Source: Acidobacteriota bacterium
Lineage (GTDB): Bacteria > Acidobacteriota > Blastocatellia > HR10 > JACQTD01
Assembly: GCA_016210985.1 (NCBI GenBank)
Contig: JACQTD010000082.1
Coordinates: 1 to 40,820 of the forward strand
Direction of reading: 5' to 3'
DNA length: 40,820 bases
Shown here: positions 17,829-26,937 of the stretch, piece by piece
Numbering within the stretch: the first letter of the stretch is position 1
Layout: every line of letters begins with the position of its first letter
Notes under the pieces: model-generated
What the model was told of the DNA's origin: nothing
The model's input: only the letters and a program-made list of their open reading frames with translations
Databases searched by the model: none
Program-made: the position numbers and the translations under genes

Positions 17829-19208
17829 CTAAGGGCTCCGGAGCGGCGCCTGTCGCCGGTAGGCTTCGAGAGCGGTCTTCGCGAGCGCGTAATCGCCTTG
17901 TGCACTATAGGCCGCCGAAGCATAGAGGTAGTTGTCGGGATCGCCGGTCAGTTCGGCCGCGCGCTCGAAGGCCTTCGCCGCGGCGGCATAGCGACCTTGC
18001 ATCATGGATGTCTTTCCCAGCCAGTGGGAATATGGGCCATGGTTGGGAGCGCCCGACACGGCAGCCTGGAAGTCGCGCTCAGCTTCGGCGAAGCGTCTGG
18101 CCCGGTAATGCCGCACGCCCGATTCAAAGAGACTTTCCGACTGATCGGGTACCGCGATCGATGGCGGGGTCGGGCGGAGGCCACGCCAGTTGCTCCCGAA
18201 ATACGCGCCGGCCAGGAGCGAGAGCGCAATCACGCCTGTCCCGGCCAGCGCCTTCAGTCCCGTCGTTGCCATCCAGCTCCGTGGCGGTAACTCCCCGGCG
18301 TCAAGATGAGCCGCCAGCGGCGGCAATTCGGGCCTCAGCCGTTCATCGTCTCGCTGTCTTCCTGATACTCGGTCGTTCTTCGACCCTAGCGTGACCTCGA
18401 TACGGCGATCCGGCCGCGGTCGGTTGGATGCATCCGCCGCTTCTCCCCTCATCCGGCCCGTTGTATCCCATTCAACCACGATCGCCGTGAGATTGTCCTT
18501 GGCCCCACGCTCGTAGCATCGCTCCTTTATCTGCTGGCAGATCTTCAAAGGATCGGATTCACGGGTGAAGACGGTCTCGAGCTCTCCGTCCGACAGGTGA
18601 CGAGTGATGCCATCCGTGCAAAGTAGAAATACCGTGCCCGGTTCGACGGTAGTCTGCTTCAAATCGGGTTTCACCTCGGGCTCCACCCCCAGGGCCCGCG
18701 TGATGAGATACCGCGGCAGGTTCTCCAGGCTGGGTCCCCGCTCTCCGGACGTTTCCTCGGCAAGCGAATGATCGACGGTTTCGCGATGCAAACGATTCCC
18801 GGAGAGCCTGTAAACGCGGCTGTCGCCCACGTGGCAGATGGTGACCGTCTCCCGATCAAACCAGACCATAGCGACCGTCGTAGCCATACCGGCGTAAGCC
18901 GTTTCCGTCAGGGCCGCTTCGTAGAGGGTACGGTTCGCATATCGAACGAGCCGCTCCAGCACCTTCGCGCGATCGCCTCTCGCGCGTGCCGGCAGGTGCG
19001 TGCGCAGGATCTCCATGGCCGTGCGGCTTGCGACTTCCCCGGCATTCTGCCCGCCGACGCCGTCGGCCACCGCAAAGAGACCTTGTTCCTCCAGAATCAG
19101 GAAATCATCTTCGTTCAATTCGCGCTTGGGGTTGAGACCGCGATCCGAGACCACCGCGAGACGACCGTGACGAAACGACCATGCATCCAGGATGCTCTCC
19201 GGGCTCAT
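17829..19208 (-). CDS. PP2C-family Ser/Thr phosphatase with TM segment and C-terminal TPR ectodomain
   Basis: PP2C motifs NEDDF, AVADGVGG, LLCTDGI and GAKDNLT. TM at about aa 313-338. TPR-like C-terminus at aa 358-455. Confidence 0.88.
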   Translation of the reverse strand: MSPESILDAWSFRHGRLAVVSDRGLNPKRELNEDDFLILEEQGLFAVADGVGGQNAGEVASRTAMEILRTHLPARARGDRAKVLERLVRYANRTLYEAALTETAYAGMATTVAMVWFDRETVTICHVGDSRVYRLSGNRLHRETVDHSLAEETSGERGPSLENLPRYLITRALGVEPEVKPDLKQTTVEPGTVFLLCTDGITRHLSDGELETVFTRESDPLKICQQIKERCYERGAKDNLTAIVVEWDTTGRMRGEAADASNRPRPDRRIEVTLGSKNDRVSGRQRDDERLRPELPPLAAHLDAGELPPRSWMATTGLKALAGTGVIALSLLAGAYFGSNWRGLRPTPPSIAVPDQSESLFESGVRHYRARRFAEAERDFQAAVSGAPNHGPYSHWLGKTSMMQGRYAAAAKAFERAAELTGDPDNYLYASAAYSAQGDYALAKTALEAYRRQAPLRSP

Positions 19209-20752
19209 TCCCGATCTCCCCGATTCCGATGGGACACGCCCATCAGCATGCCCACCATGGCAAAGGACGTGAGCAACGACCAGCCTCCGTGGCTCACGAA
19301 CGGGAGCGTGATCCCGGTCATGGGAAGCACCTTCAACACGCCGGCGATATTCACGAAGGCCTGAAAAACCAGAAATGACGTTACCCCGGTCGCCAGCAGC
19401 TTGGTAAAGGCGTCTCGGGCCCGCATCGCGATGCCGGTTCCCATCAATCCGATCAACAATACCGGCAAGGTCACGGCCAACCCGCCTGGAAGGCCGAGTT
19501 CCTCGGCGATCGTAGAATAGATAAAATCGGAGTCGGAGACCGGAACCGTCTCCGGCAGACCAAGCCCGAGGCCGGTACCCATCACGCCCCCCGAACTGAT
19601 GCCGAAAAGGGCTTGGGACAATTGCGAGCCTTTCTCATACCAGGCATCCTCATTACTGACCCGCGCGCCCGCCGCTCCGTAACCCGCACGGATCCGCTGC
19701 AGCTCTCCGCTCCACCAGGTGGCCGTCTCGGGGGGCGCCTTCCACGGGTCCTGCCACAGGTGAAGGCGGATGAAGACCCGATGGGGTATGCCGCCGACGG
19801 CGGTGATCAGCGTGAACGCCAGAAGGAGTGCCGCCACGCCATGCAGCAGTTGAGCGGGCTTCCGCACGGCGATGACATATACCAGGGCATAGACCACGAC
19901 AAAGACCAGCAATTGCCCGAAGTCGCCAAGAAGGAAGAACGGCACCAGCCCCGCCAGCGTAACGATCAGGAGCGGAAGCAGGAATCGCAGTCTTGGGAGT
20001 CGCCAGCCCGAGCGTTCCAGAAGTGAATACTGGTCGACGAGGATGCCCGCCAGACTGATGAGGAACAGCATCTTGGCGGGCTCCCACGGGGTCATCCCGC
20101 CGACGAACTTGCCGGCGCGAGTGAAGAGCAGGATGATCAGCGTCAGCGGCGTCACGGCGGCAAGGGCCAGAACCAGCGCGTTGCGCTGCACCCAGAGCAG
20201 CAGGCCGTCATGCTGAACGAAGAGAAACCCCAGGATCAATGCGGCCACGGCCAGCCAAGGTGTATAGGTCGAACTTGAGCTCACGATGTCCGCGACCGAC
20301 GTCTCGTCCTCCAGCGCCGGCGAGGCGACGTTTCCAACCGCATTGCGGTCTACCCTGCCCAGGATCGCCTTCAACTTGGCGTCGTCGTATTCTCCGCCTA
20401 CGCCGAGGGCGCGAACCGCGTGCGCCTTCGCGAGGCGCGCCGCGGCGCGGGCTTCGCCCCTGGAGGTGTACTCCGGATCGGTGAACAAGCGGAACTGCGC
20501 CACGGTGCCGACCACGTAAAGAATCATCACGCAGGTGAAGAGACTCAACTCGCCCCGATACCCGAACCGGCGTACCAGAAATACAAATCCCGCCAGCAGC
20601 ACCAGCACCCCGAAAAAATCGCGAAGCAGGACCAGGGAGCTCGGCGTGAATCCCCGTATCCGGTCGGCAAGCACGATCGCCACCTGGGCCAGCAAGGCGG
20701 CCGCGCAGAGCCCGGCCTGGATCGCCAGATGTCTGGATGGCCGGTTGATCAC
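19205..20752 (-). CDS. SEDS-family peptidoglycan glycosyltransferase (RodA/FtsW-like)
   Basis: SDSDFIYSTIAEELGLPGG and GITLPFVSHGGWS are FtsW/RodA/SpoVE signatures. The ORF is open to 20866, but a GTG at 20750-20752 overlaps the upstream TGA (GTGA) and avoids a 118-nt overlap. An unusual ~80-aa hydrophilic loop sits near the N-terminus. Confidence 0.85.
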   Translation of the reverse strand: MINRPSRHLAIQAGLCAAALLAQVAIVLADRIRGFTPSSLVLLRDFFGVLVLLAGFVFLVRRFGYRGELSLFTCVMILYVVGTVAQFRLFTDPEYTSRGEARAAARLAKAHAVRALGVGGEYDDAKLKAILGRVDRNAVGNVASPALEDETSVADIVSSSSTYTPWLAVAALILGFLFVQHDGLLLWVQRNALVLALAAVTPLTLIILLFTRAGKFVGGMTPWEPAKMLFLISLAGILVDQYSLLERSGWRLPRLRFLLPLLIVTLAGLVPFFLLGDFGQLLVFVVVYALVYVIAVRKPAQLLHGVAALLLAFTLITAVGGIPHRVFIRLHLWQDPWKAPPETATWWSGELQRIRAGYGAAGARVSNEDAWYEKGSQLSQALFGISSGGVMGTGLGLGLPETVPVSDSDFIYSTIAEELGLPGGLAVTLPVLLIGLMGTGIAMRARDAFTKLLATGVTSFLVFQAFVNIAGVLKVLPMTGITLPFVSHGGWSLLTSFAMVGMLMGVSHRNRGDRE

Positions 20753-22416
20753 GGGACCTTCCTGAGGGTGATCAGCCCCTGCCGCCGACTGAGCCCCAAG
20801 AGGCTCGCAGCAATCGGCGCAGCGACTCTCCCGCCATATCCTCCGCCTTCGACGACCACGGCACACGCCACCTGAGGCCGGTCAGCCGGGGCGAACCCGA
20901 TGAACCACGAGTCGACCCGATGGGCCCCACCCTGCTCGAATTGGGCCGTCCCCGTCTTCCCTCCGGCAGAGAGTCCCTCGCGTAGCAAACGGCCGAAGGC
21001 GTCGTAGGCCGTCCCTCCGGGCCGGTTGGTGACGCCGCGGAGGTGTTGCCGCATCGATTCGGCCAGCTGAGGGGTAAGCGGACGACGCCGGACTACCGGG
21101 GCATTCAGCAGGTCGAGACGAGGAGCCGGCATCTCCCCTGAGGCATGAGCCAACGAGGCCGCCACCAGTGCCATCTGAAGCGGCGTGACCTGGAGATATC
21201 CCTGACCGATGGATTCGAGCGCGAGATCGATCGCCGGGGTCGCGCTTCCGAGAACCATACGGCTGGCGTTGGGGCTGAACACCCGCAGAAAATCATTGTT
21301 GTCGCTGTTCCACAGACCGTCGTCAATCCGCCGCGCCCTCGACTGTTGCGGCGTGGCGTTGATGATCAAACCAAAATGGCCGGACGTCCGGGCCAGCCGC
21401 TCATGCCCGAGCTCCACGCCGAGCTGCGCGAAGTACTGATTACAAGAGAATCTTGTCGCATCGCCCAGCGCGATCCGGCCGTGGATCTCCTCCTCTCCTC
21501 CGTCATCCAGGATCGCCTGACGGCTTCCTGGAGGCTGGTAGCCCCCGTGCCGACACTCGAAAACGGCCTGATCGAGGCCGTTCTCAAGCGCGCTCACCCC
21601 GACGACAACCTTAAAGGTCGAGCCCGGAAGGTAGTACTGATGGAGTGCACGATTCACGAACGGTTGGCGCGGATCGGCCCGCAGCTCATTCCATCGCGCG
21701 TCACTCTCGCTGGCCGACGGGTCGAAGCCGGGCGCGCTGGCCATCGCGATAACATTGCCTGTGTCCACCTCGACCAGGACGACCGCTCCCGGTTTTCCCG
21801 TGCGTTCCAATTGCTCGGCCGCCGCGCGCTGCAAGTCCCGGTCGAGGGTGAGACGAAGATCCTCTCCGACCACACCGCGGGTATCGAACAGATTCCAGGA
21901 GCTGAGCGAGGATCTCAGCAGGCGGCCGTAGGCCGATTCGGCTCCAGCACTTCCTCGCAATAAACTGTGATACCCGATGACGTGCACGGCCCGTGCCCCC
22001 AACGGATAGTGTCGGATCAGTTCCTCGCCGCTGAAACGATAGCCGGCGAGCACGGCATCGACCGACCCGGTTCTATCGAAAATCCATCCTCGAAGCCCGC
22101 TCTCCTCAATCCTGCGATTCCGCTGGTCTCGTGTCCGCTTCAGCTGGACGAAATAGGGATCTTCACGCAAAGGTCCGGCAGCCATCAAGGCCCAATAACC
22201 GTGGGTGACCAGTGTCGTCACCGCGAACAGGATGAACACCAGTCTCAATGCTCCCAGCCAGCGATCCATCTGCCTTGCAGGATCGATGGCCGGCGTACCC
22301 TGTCCGTGACCGGTACGCCCGGGCAGCTCCGCCAGCGTGAATCCGATGAGTCGCCAGATCGCCCACGCGATGATGAGGATGGAGAGAAGGCTGAGTACGC
22401 GGGAGAAGAAGATCAA
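20749..22416 (-). CDS. Class B penicillin-binding protein (PBP2-type transpeptidase)
   Basis: STFK, SCN and KTGTA active-site motifs appear in order. TTG start overlaps the FHA stop (TTGA). An alternative ATG at 22269 would leave a single N-terminal TM segment. Confidence 0.88.
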   Translation of the reverse strand: MIFFSRVLSLLSILIIAWAIWRLIGFTLAELPGRTGHGQGTPAIDPARQMDRWLGALRLVFILFAVTTLVTHGYWALMAAGPLREDPYFVQLKRTRDQRNRRIEESGLRGWIFDRTGSVDAVLAGYRFSGEELIRHYPLGARAVHVIGYHSLLRGSAGAESAYGRLLRSSLSSWNLFDTRGVVGEDLRLTLDRDLQRAAAEQLERTGKPGAVVLVEVDTGNVIAMASAPGFDPSASESDARWNELRADPRQPFVNRALHQYYLPGSTFKVVVGVSALENGLDQAVFECRHGGYQPPGSRQAILDDGGEEEIHGRIALGDATRFSCNQYFAQLGVELGHERLARTSGHFGLIINATPQQSRARRIDDGLWNSDNNDFLRVFSPNASRMVLGSATPAIDLALESIGQGYLQVTPLQMALVAASLAHASGEMPAPRLDLLNAPVVRRRPLTPQLAESMRQHLRGVTNRPGGTAYDAFGRLLREGLSAGGKTGTAQFEQGGAHRVDSWFIGFAPADRPQVACAVVVEGGGYGGRVAAPIAASLLGLSRRQGLITLRKVP

Positions 22417-23117
22417 GATGTGCCGTACCCCGTGCCCTCCAGCCTGAATCGTAAACCGCCGAGGGTCAATTCGTCGCCGGGCTTGAGCTCGGATCGCCCG
22501 GTCACCGGGCTCCCGTTGATCAGCGTGCCATTCGCGCTGCCGCAGTCGGACACGAAGAGGCGCCCGTCCTCGTCCCTGCTGAGCGTCGCATGGAATCGTG
22601 AGATGCTGGGATCGTCCACCGAGATCTCGGCTTCGGGAGATCTCCCGACCGTGGCCCGCCGACGTGTGAGCAGGTTTTGAAGCCGGATGGCCGGCCTTCG
22701 GCCATCGGCAAAACTGAGAATGAGATCATGCGCGGCGGGCTCGGCCGGAGGGGGCAGCGGCTCGAACAGAAACGGCGTTACAAGCGTCGGGTCGTCCTCG
22801 ATGACCATCCGGATCGGTTGGCCCACGGATTGCCGGTGATCGCGGATATAGCGCTCCCCGGAAGCGGCGAGCTCTGCGCTCCATCGCTCCCGATTCGCCC
22901 ATAGTCCCTCGCGCAAACGATGGGAAGCCACCGTCAGTTTCCAGGCTGCCGGAATGGCCGGCGATCGGCCTCCGGCGATGGGATCGAGCCAGGATTGAAG
23001 CGCGCCATGGAACCCATGAACCAGGTCCTCCACTTCAAGGGGTTCGTCCCCTTTCCGGAGCGCCGCATTCAGTCGTCGACTCCAGGCGTCAATCACTTTT
23101 CGCATGGCCTTTTCCAT
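22413..23117 (-). CDS. FHA-domain protein, FhaA-like architecture
   Basis: C-terminal FHA: TVGRSPEAEISVDDPSISRFHATL...GSANGTLINGSPV. The ORF is open to 23183, but that start would overlap the upstream methyltransferase by 35 nt. ATG at 23117 (MEKAMRKVIDAW) is preferred. No clear RBS precedes either start. Confidence 0.82.
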   Translation of the reverse strand: MEKAMRKVIDAWSRRLNAALRKGDEPLEVEDLVHGFHGALQSWLDPIAGGRSPAIPAAWKLTVASHRLREGLWANRERWSAELAASGERYIRDHRQSVGQPIRMVIEDDPTLVTPFLFEPLPPPAEPAAHDLILSFADGRRPAIRLQNLLTRRRATVGRSPEAEISVDDPSISRFHATLSRDEDGRLFVSDCGSANGTLINGSPVTGRSELKPGDELTLGGLRFRLEGTGYGTS

Positions 23118-23148
23118 ATCGGTCGCGGAAGCCGGAGGAATAATCCGA

Positions 23149-23949
23149 TTATAACTTGAATCCTCTTTGACGCGCAGCTTCATAGAGCAATACGGCGGCG
23201 GCGAGCGCCACGTTCATGGATTTAACCTGGGGCCGGTGCGGGATTCGCACCCACTCGTCGGCGGAGATGAGCATTTCACCGGAGAGCCCGGTCGCTTCAT
23301 TGCCAAAAAGCAGCAGGCTTCGCCGGCGGAAGTCGACGCGGTCGGGAGCTTCGCCTTTCACCGGACTGGTCGCCATCAAGGAGAGGTTCTGGCACTTCGC
23401 GAGCGCGCGCAAACCTGCATCATTGTCGAGGGTCGCAATCGGCAGCCGAAGGACCGAGCCGGACGAGGCCCGAATGACCTTCGGTGAGAAGGGATCGGCG
23501 GTCTGGGTCATCGTGAGCAGGCCGGTCGCGCCGAACGATTCCGCGGCGCGGACGATCGTTCCCAGATTTCCGGGATCTCGAATCCCCGCCGCGGCCACGA
23601 TCAGCGGAGGATAACGTTCATCACCCAGCAACCTCTCGACGGGCGTGCGGGGGCGCTCGGCGATCGCCGCGATGCCCGGCGGCGTTTCCAGCTCGCTTAC
23701 CGCCCGCATCACCTCCCGGTTCACCTCATACAATTCGATGCCAGCCTCGGCCGCCAGGGCGAGACACTCGCGTTGATCCGGACGATCTCCACGTGCCGCG
23801 TGATATAGAATCGCCTTGAGCCGATACCGAAGCTCCAGCGCTTCGTGGACCAGTCGCCAGCCTTCGAGAAAAATCAGGGAAGGAGCCCGGCGGGCGCGAA
23901 CCGCCAGAAACTGTTTCACCACGCGATTTTGGCGGCTGGCAATCAGCAT
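23149..23949 (-). CDS. TrmH/SpoU-family RNA 2'-O-methyltransferase
   Basis: SPOUT motifs GNLGTIVRAAESFGA, LLFGNEATGLS and IPH...VKSMNVALAAAVLLYE. Confidence 0.85.
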   Translation of the reverse strand: MLIASRQNRVVKQFLAVRARRAPSLIFLEGWRLVHEALELRYRLKAILYHAARGDRPDQRECLALAAEAGIELYEVNREVMRAVSELETPPGIAAIAERPRTPVERLLGDERYPPLIVAAAGIRDPGNLGTIVRAAESFGATGLLTMTQTADPFSPKVIRASSGSVLRLPIATLDNDAGLRALAKCQNLSLMATSPVKGEAPDRVDFRRRSLLLFGNEATGLSGEMLISADEWVRIPHRPQVKSMNVALAAAVLLYEAARQRGFKL

Positions 23950-24106
23950 TCGACGGGAGGCGCTCCGGGCTGGCTGCGAGACATTTCAGCGCGGGCCCAT
24001 GATCAACTCATGGGAACCCGGCTCCCGTTCCAATAGCGCCCGGGAAGGGATCGGTCCAAAATGGAGGGGCGGATGGAGTCGCCAGGACGGGCCGGCCCGC
24101 AGCCTA

Positions 24107-24361
24107 TCACCGTTTGGGTCCGGGGACCGACGATGGGCCGGAGGAATGGCGAGGCGAGCCCGGCGGCGGTTTCTCAGGCCTGGGTTCCGCCAACAGGATC
24201 CGGATTTCGTCCTTGAAGCTGAGGGGATCCTGCTCCTGCTCGCGCAGGGTCTTCATGATCGAAACGTATTCGAGGACCTCCAGCACCTGATCCTCGGCCA
24301 GGTTTTCGATCTCCCGCCGAAGTTGTTCGCGATGCGACATCTTATCCGACTTGTGTTCCAT
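24107..24361 (-). CDS. Small hypothetical protein (84 aa), antitoxin-like helical N-terminus and Pro-rich tail
   Basis: GC-rich third codon positions. GGCGGAAG lies upstream of the ATG. REQLRREIENLAEDQVLEVLEYVSIMK resembles DUF2281-type antitoxin helices by recall. Confidence 0.5.
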   Translation of the reverse strand: MEHKSDKMSHREQLRREIENLAEDQVLEVLEYVSIMKTLREQEQDPLSFKDEIRILLAEPRPEKPPPGSPRHSSGPSSVPGPKR

Positions 24362-24470
24362 CTTCCGCCTGTGTCAGCGCCCGTCCGCACCCGAGGGGCA
24401 GGGAGTCTGGGGAACGGGAGGATCATACTCCTTCGGCCGGAAACGGGCAAACCTGGAGTCCGGGTAACGC

Positions 24471-25526
24471 CTACCGCTTCGCCTTCTCGGCCTTCACGTC
24501 CTGGGACTCCTCGGCTGCGGCCATCCGGACCGGCAGTCCCATCGTCTGGCGGATCTGGTTTTCGATCGCGAAGGCAAGATCGGCGTTCGTCTTTAGAAAA
24601 ATGCGCGCATTCTCACGGCCCTGACCGAGTCGCTCTCCCTTGCAGGAAAACCAGGCGCCGGTCTTCTCAATGATCTTCTGTTCGACCCCCAAATCGAGGA
24701 TCTCCCCTTCCCGGGATATCCCTTCGCCGTAAATGATGTCGAATTCGGACTCCCGGAAGGGTGGGGCAAGCTTGTTCTTCACCACTTTGACCTTGGTTCG
24801 TCCACCGATGACGGTGTCCCCCTCCTTGATCGAACCGATGCGCCGGATATCAAGTCGGACGCTGGCGTAGAACTTCAGCGCGCGGCCGCCGCTGGTCGTT
24901 TCCGGACTGCCGAACATCACCCCGATCTTTTCCCGGAGCTGATTGATGAAGATCAACGCGGTATTCGAACGGTAGACGCTGCCGGCGAGTTTCCGAAGCG
25001 CCTGCGACATCAGTCTCGCCTGCAACCCCGGCAGCGAATCTCCCATTTCGCCTTCGAGCTCCGCCCTCGGGACGAGCGCGGCTACCGAATCGACCACCAC
25101 GACGTCGATGCCATTCGACCGCACCAGCGCCTCGGCGATCTCGAGCGCCTGCTCGCCGCTGTCCGGTTGAGAAACCAGGAGGTCTTCGGTCTTCACTCCG
25201 AGCCGCTCCGTGTAATCGGCGTCCAGCGCATGCTCGGCGTCTATGTAGGCCGCGAGCCCCCCTAAGCGCTGCGCCTCGGCCACGATATGCAAGGCCAGCG
25301 TCGTCTTGCCTCCTGCCTCGACACCGAAAATTTCCGTGACCCGGCCGCGAGGGATCCCTCCGATCCCGAGCGCATGATCAAGGCTGAGGCTGTTGGTGGA
25401 GATCGCAGGAACATCCTCCACGCGGTGGTCGCCCAGCCGCATGATGGACCCTTTGCCGAATTGCTTCTCGATCTGTCCCAGTGCGGCTTCAACCGCCTTG
25501 TTCCTTTTCTCTAACTCGCTCATCAC
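24471..25526 (-). CDS. recA: Recombinase RecA
   Basis: Unmistakable RecA sequence: [18 protein letters not shown], Walker [36 protein letters not shown] is present. Confidence 0.97.
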   Translation of the reverse strand: MMSELEKRNKAVEAALGQIEKQFGKGSIMRLGDHRVEDVPAISTNSLSLDHALGIGGIPRGRVTEIFGVEAGGKTTLALHIVAEAQRLGGLAAYIDAEHALDADYTERLGVKTEDLLVSQPDSGEQALEIAEALVRSNGIDVVVVDSVAALVPRAELEGEMGDSLPGLQARLMSQALRKLAGSVYRSNTALIFINQLREKIGVMFGSPETTSGGRALKFYASVRLDIRRIGSIKEGDTVIGGRTKVKVVKNKLAPPFRESEFDIIYGEGISREGEILDLGVEQKIIEKTGAWFSCKGERLGQGRENARIFLKTNADLAFAIENQIRQTMGLPVRMAAAEESQDVKAEKAKR

Positions 25527-25638
25527 AACTCCTCCTTATCCGCGGGATGTGCCTCCAGGATCGCCGACTCCAAGCCCGCTGCAAATGATGTTTCGATCTT
25601 CGATGCCTCATGTCGGCCAGGGCATGGTGATCCGGGGA

Positions 25639-26814
25639 CTACCGCTCCACGGCCATCGCCACGGCGTTTCCGCCTCCCAGACACAGGGACACAACCCCTC
25701 TCCGGGCTCCCCTCCGGCGCATCTCATAGAGCATGGTCACCAGCACGCGCGCACCACTGGCACCGATCGGATGACCGAGCGCGATCGCGCCGCCACTTAC
25801 ATTGAGTCTGTCAGGATCGAGGTCGAGCACCCGCATGATCGCCACGATTTGTGCGGCGAAGGCCTCGTTCACCTCGAAGAGGTCCACCTCTGCCTTGTCC
25901 CATCCCGATTTCTGCAATACTTTTCGAATCGCTTCAACCGGTGCCATCATCACCAGGCCGGGCTCGATGCCGCTCACCGCCTGCGCCACGATCCGGCCAA
26001 GAGGCTCCTTCCCCTGCCTTCGTGCCTGTTCCCGGGAAGTGACGACCACCGCGGCCGCACCGTCGTTCAGCGCGCTCGAATTACCCGCCGTGACCGAGCC
26101 GCCGGGTTTGAACGCAGGCTTCAATTTCGCGAGTGACTCACGCGAAGTGTCGGGCCTCGGGCCCTCATCCGACGCGAAGAGCCGGCTCCCGCTCTTGTCC
26201 TTGATCGTGAGTGGAAGAATCTCTTCGGAAAACCGGCCCTCCGCCGCCGCCGCAAGGGCTCTCCTGTGCGACTGAACGGCGAATTCGTCCTGGTCCCGGC
26301 GCGAGACGCCGTACTTATCGGCTACGGTTTCCCCGGTCATGCCCATATGACAGTCGTCGAACGCGCACCAGAGCCCATCCTGAATCACGGCATCCAGCAC
26401 CTGGCCGTGCCCGAGTCGATACCCGTCCCGGGCCTTGGGCAGCAGATAAGGCGCGTTGGTCATCGATTCCATGCCGCCGGCGACAACGGTGATGGTGTCG
26501 CCGGTCCGGATACCCTGTGAAGCGAGCATGACGGCTTTGAGGCCCGACCCGCAGACTTTGTTCACCGTCAACGCCGCCACCGAGGCAGGCAACCCGGCGC
26601 CGAGGGCAGCCTGTCGCGCGGGGTTCTGCCCCAGCCCGGCCTGAATCACATTTCCCATGATCACTTCATCGACCTCGGCGACGTCGATACCTGCCCGCTC
26701 GATGGCCGCGCGCACGACTTGCGCGCCGAGTTCGGGCGCGCGGAAACTCTTCAGAGAGCCCTGGAATTTCCCCACGGCCGTCCGGACCGCGCTGATGATA
26801 ACCGCCTCATTCAT
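25639..26814 (-). CDS. Acetyl-CoA C-acetyltransferase (thiolase II)
   Basis: [12 protein letters not shown] active-site Cys region, [17 protein letters not shown] and the C-terminal [14 protein letters not shown] thiolase signatures. Confidence 0.93.
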   Translation of the reverse strand: MNEAVIISAVRTAVGKFQGSLKSFRAPELGAQVVRAAIERAGIDVAEVDEVIMGNVIQAGLGQNPARQAALGAGLPASVAALTVNKVCGSGLKAVMLASQGIRTGDTITVVAGGMESMTNAPYLLPKARDGYRLGHGQVLDAVIQDGLWCAFDDCHMGMTGETVADKYGVSRRDQDEFAVQSHRRALAAAAEGRFSEEILPLTIKDKSGSRLFASDEGPRPDTSRESLAKLKPAFKPGGSVTAGNSSALNDGAAAVVVTSREQARRQGKEPLGRIVAQAVSGIEPGLVMMAPVEAIRKVLQKSGWDKAEVDLFEVNEAFAAQIVAIMRVLDLDPDRLNVSGGAIALGHPIGASGARVLVTMLYEMRRRGARRGVVSLCLGGGNAVAMAVER

Positions 26815-26862
26815 CTCAGTTGCCGATCGTCAGCGAATGAATTTTAATCTTAACAGGAGCCC

Positions 26863-26937
26863 CCCGGGAACGCCAATCTCCTGATTGGCGTCGTCAAACG
26901 TTCAGACTCCGCCAATCAGGAGATTGGCGTTTCCGGG
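26863..26937. repeat. 28-bp inverted repeat (1 mismatch, 19-nt spacer) whose arms are themselves hairpins. It spans the rsmE stop codon.
   Basis: CCCGGGAACGCCAATCTCCTGATTGGCG (26863-26890) pairs with CGCCAATCAGGAGATTGGCGTTTCCGGG (26910-26937). Each arm contains CGCCAAT-N6-ATTGGCG. The two 6-nt loops, CTCCTG and CAGGAG, are mutually complementary. Confidence 0.9.

Noticed and set aside
25592-25604. Tandem TTCGAT-C-TTCGAT upstream of recA as a possible LexA/SOS operator
   Set aside because: The 7-bp period does not match any LexA box I know (for example GTTC-N7-GTTC or CGAACNNNNGTTCG-type). Such a short repeat is easily produced by chance.
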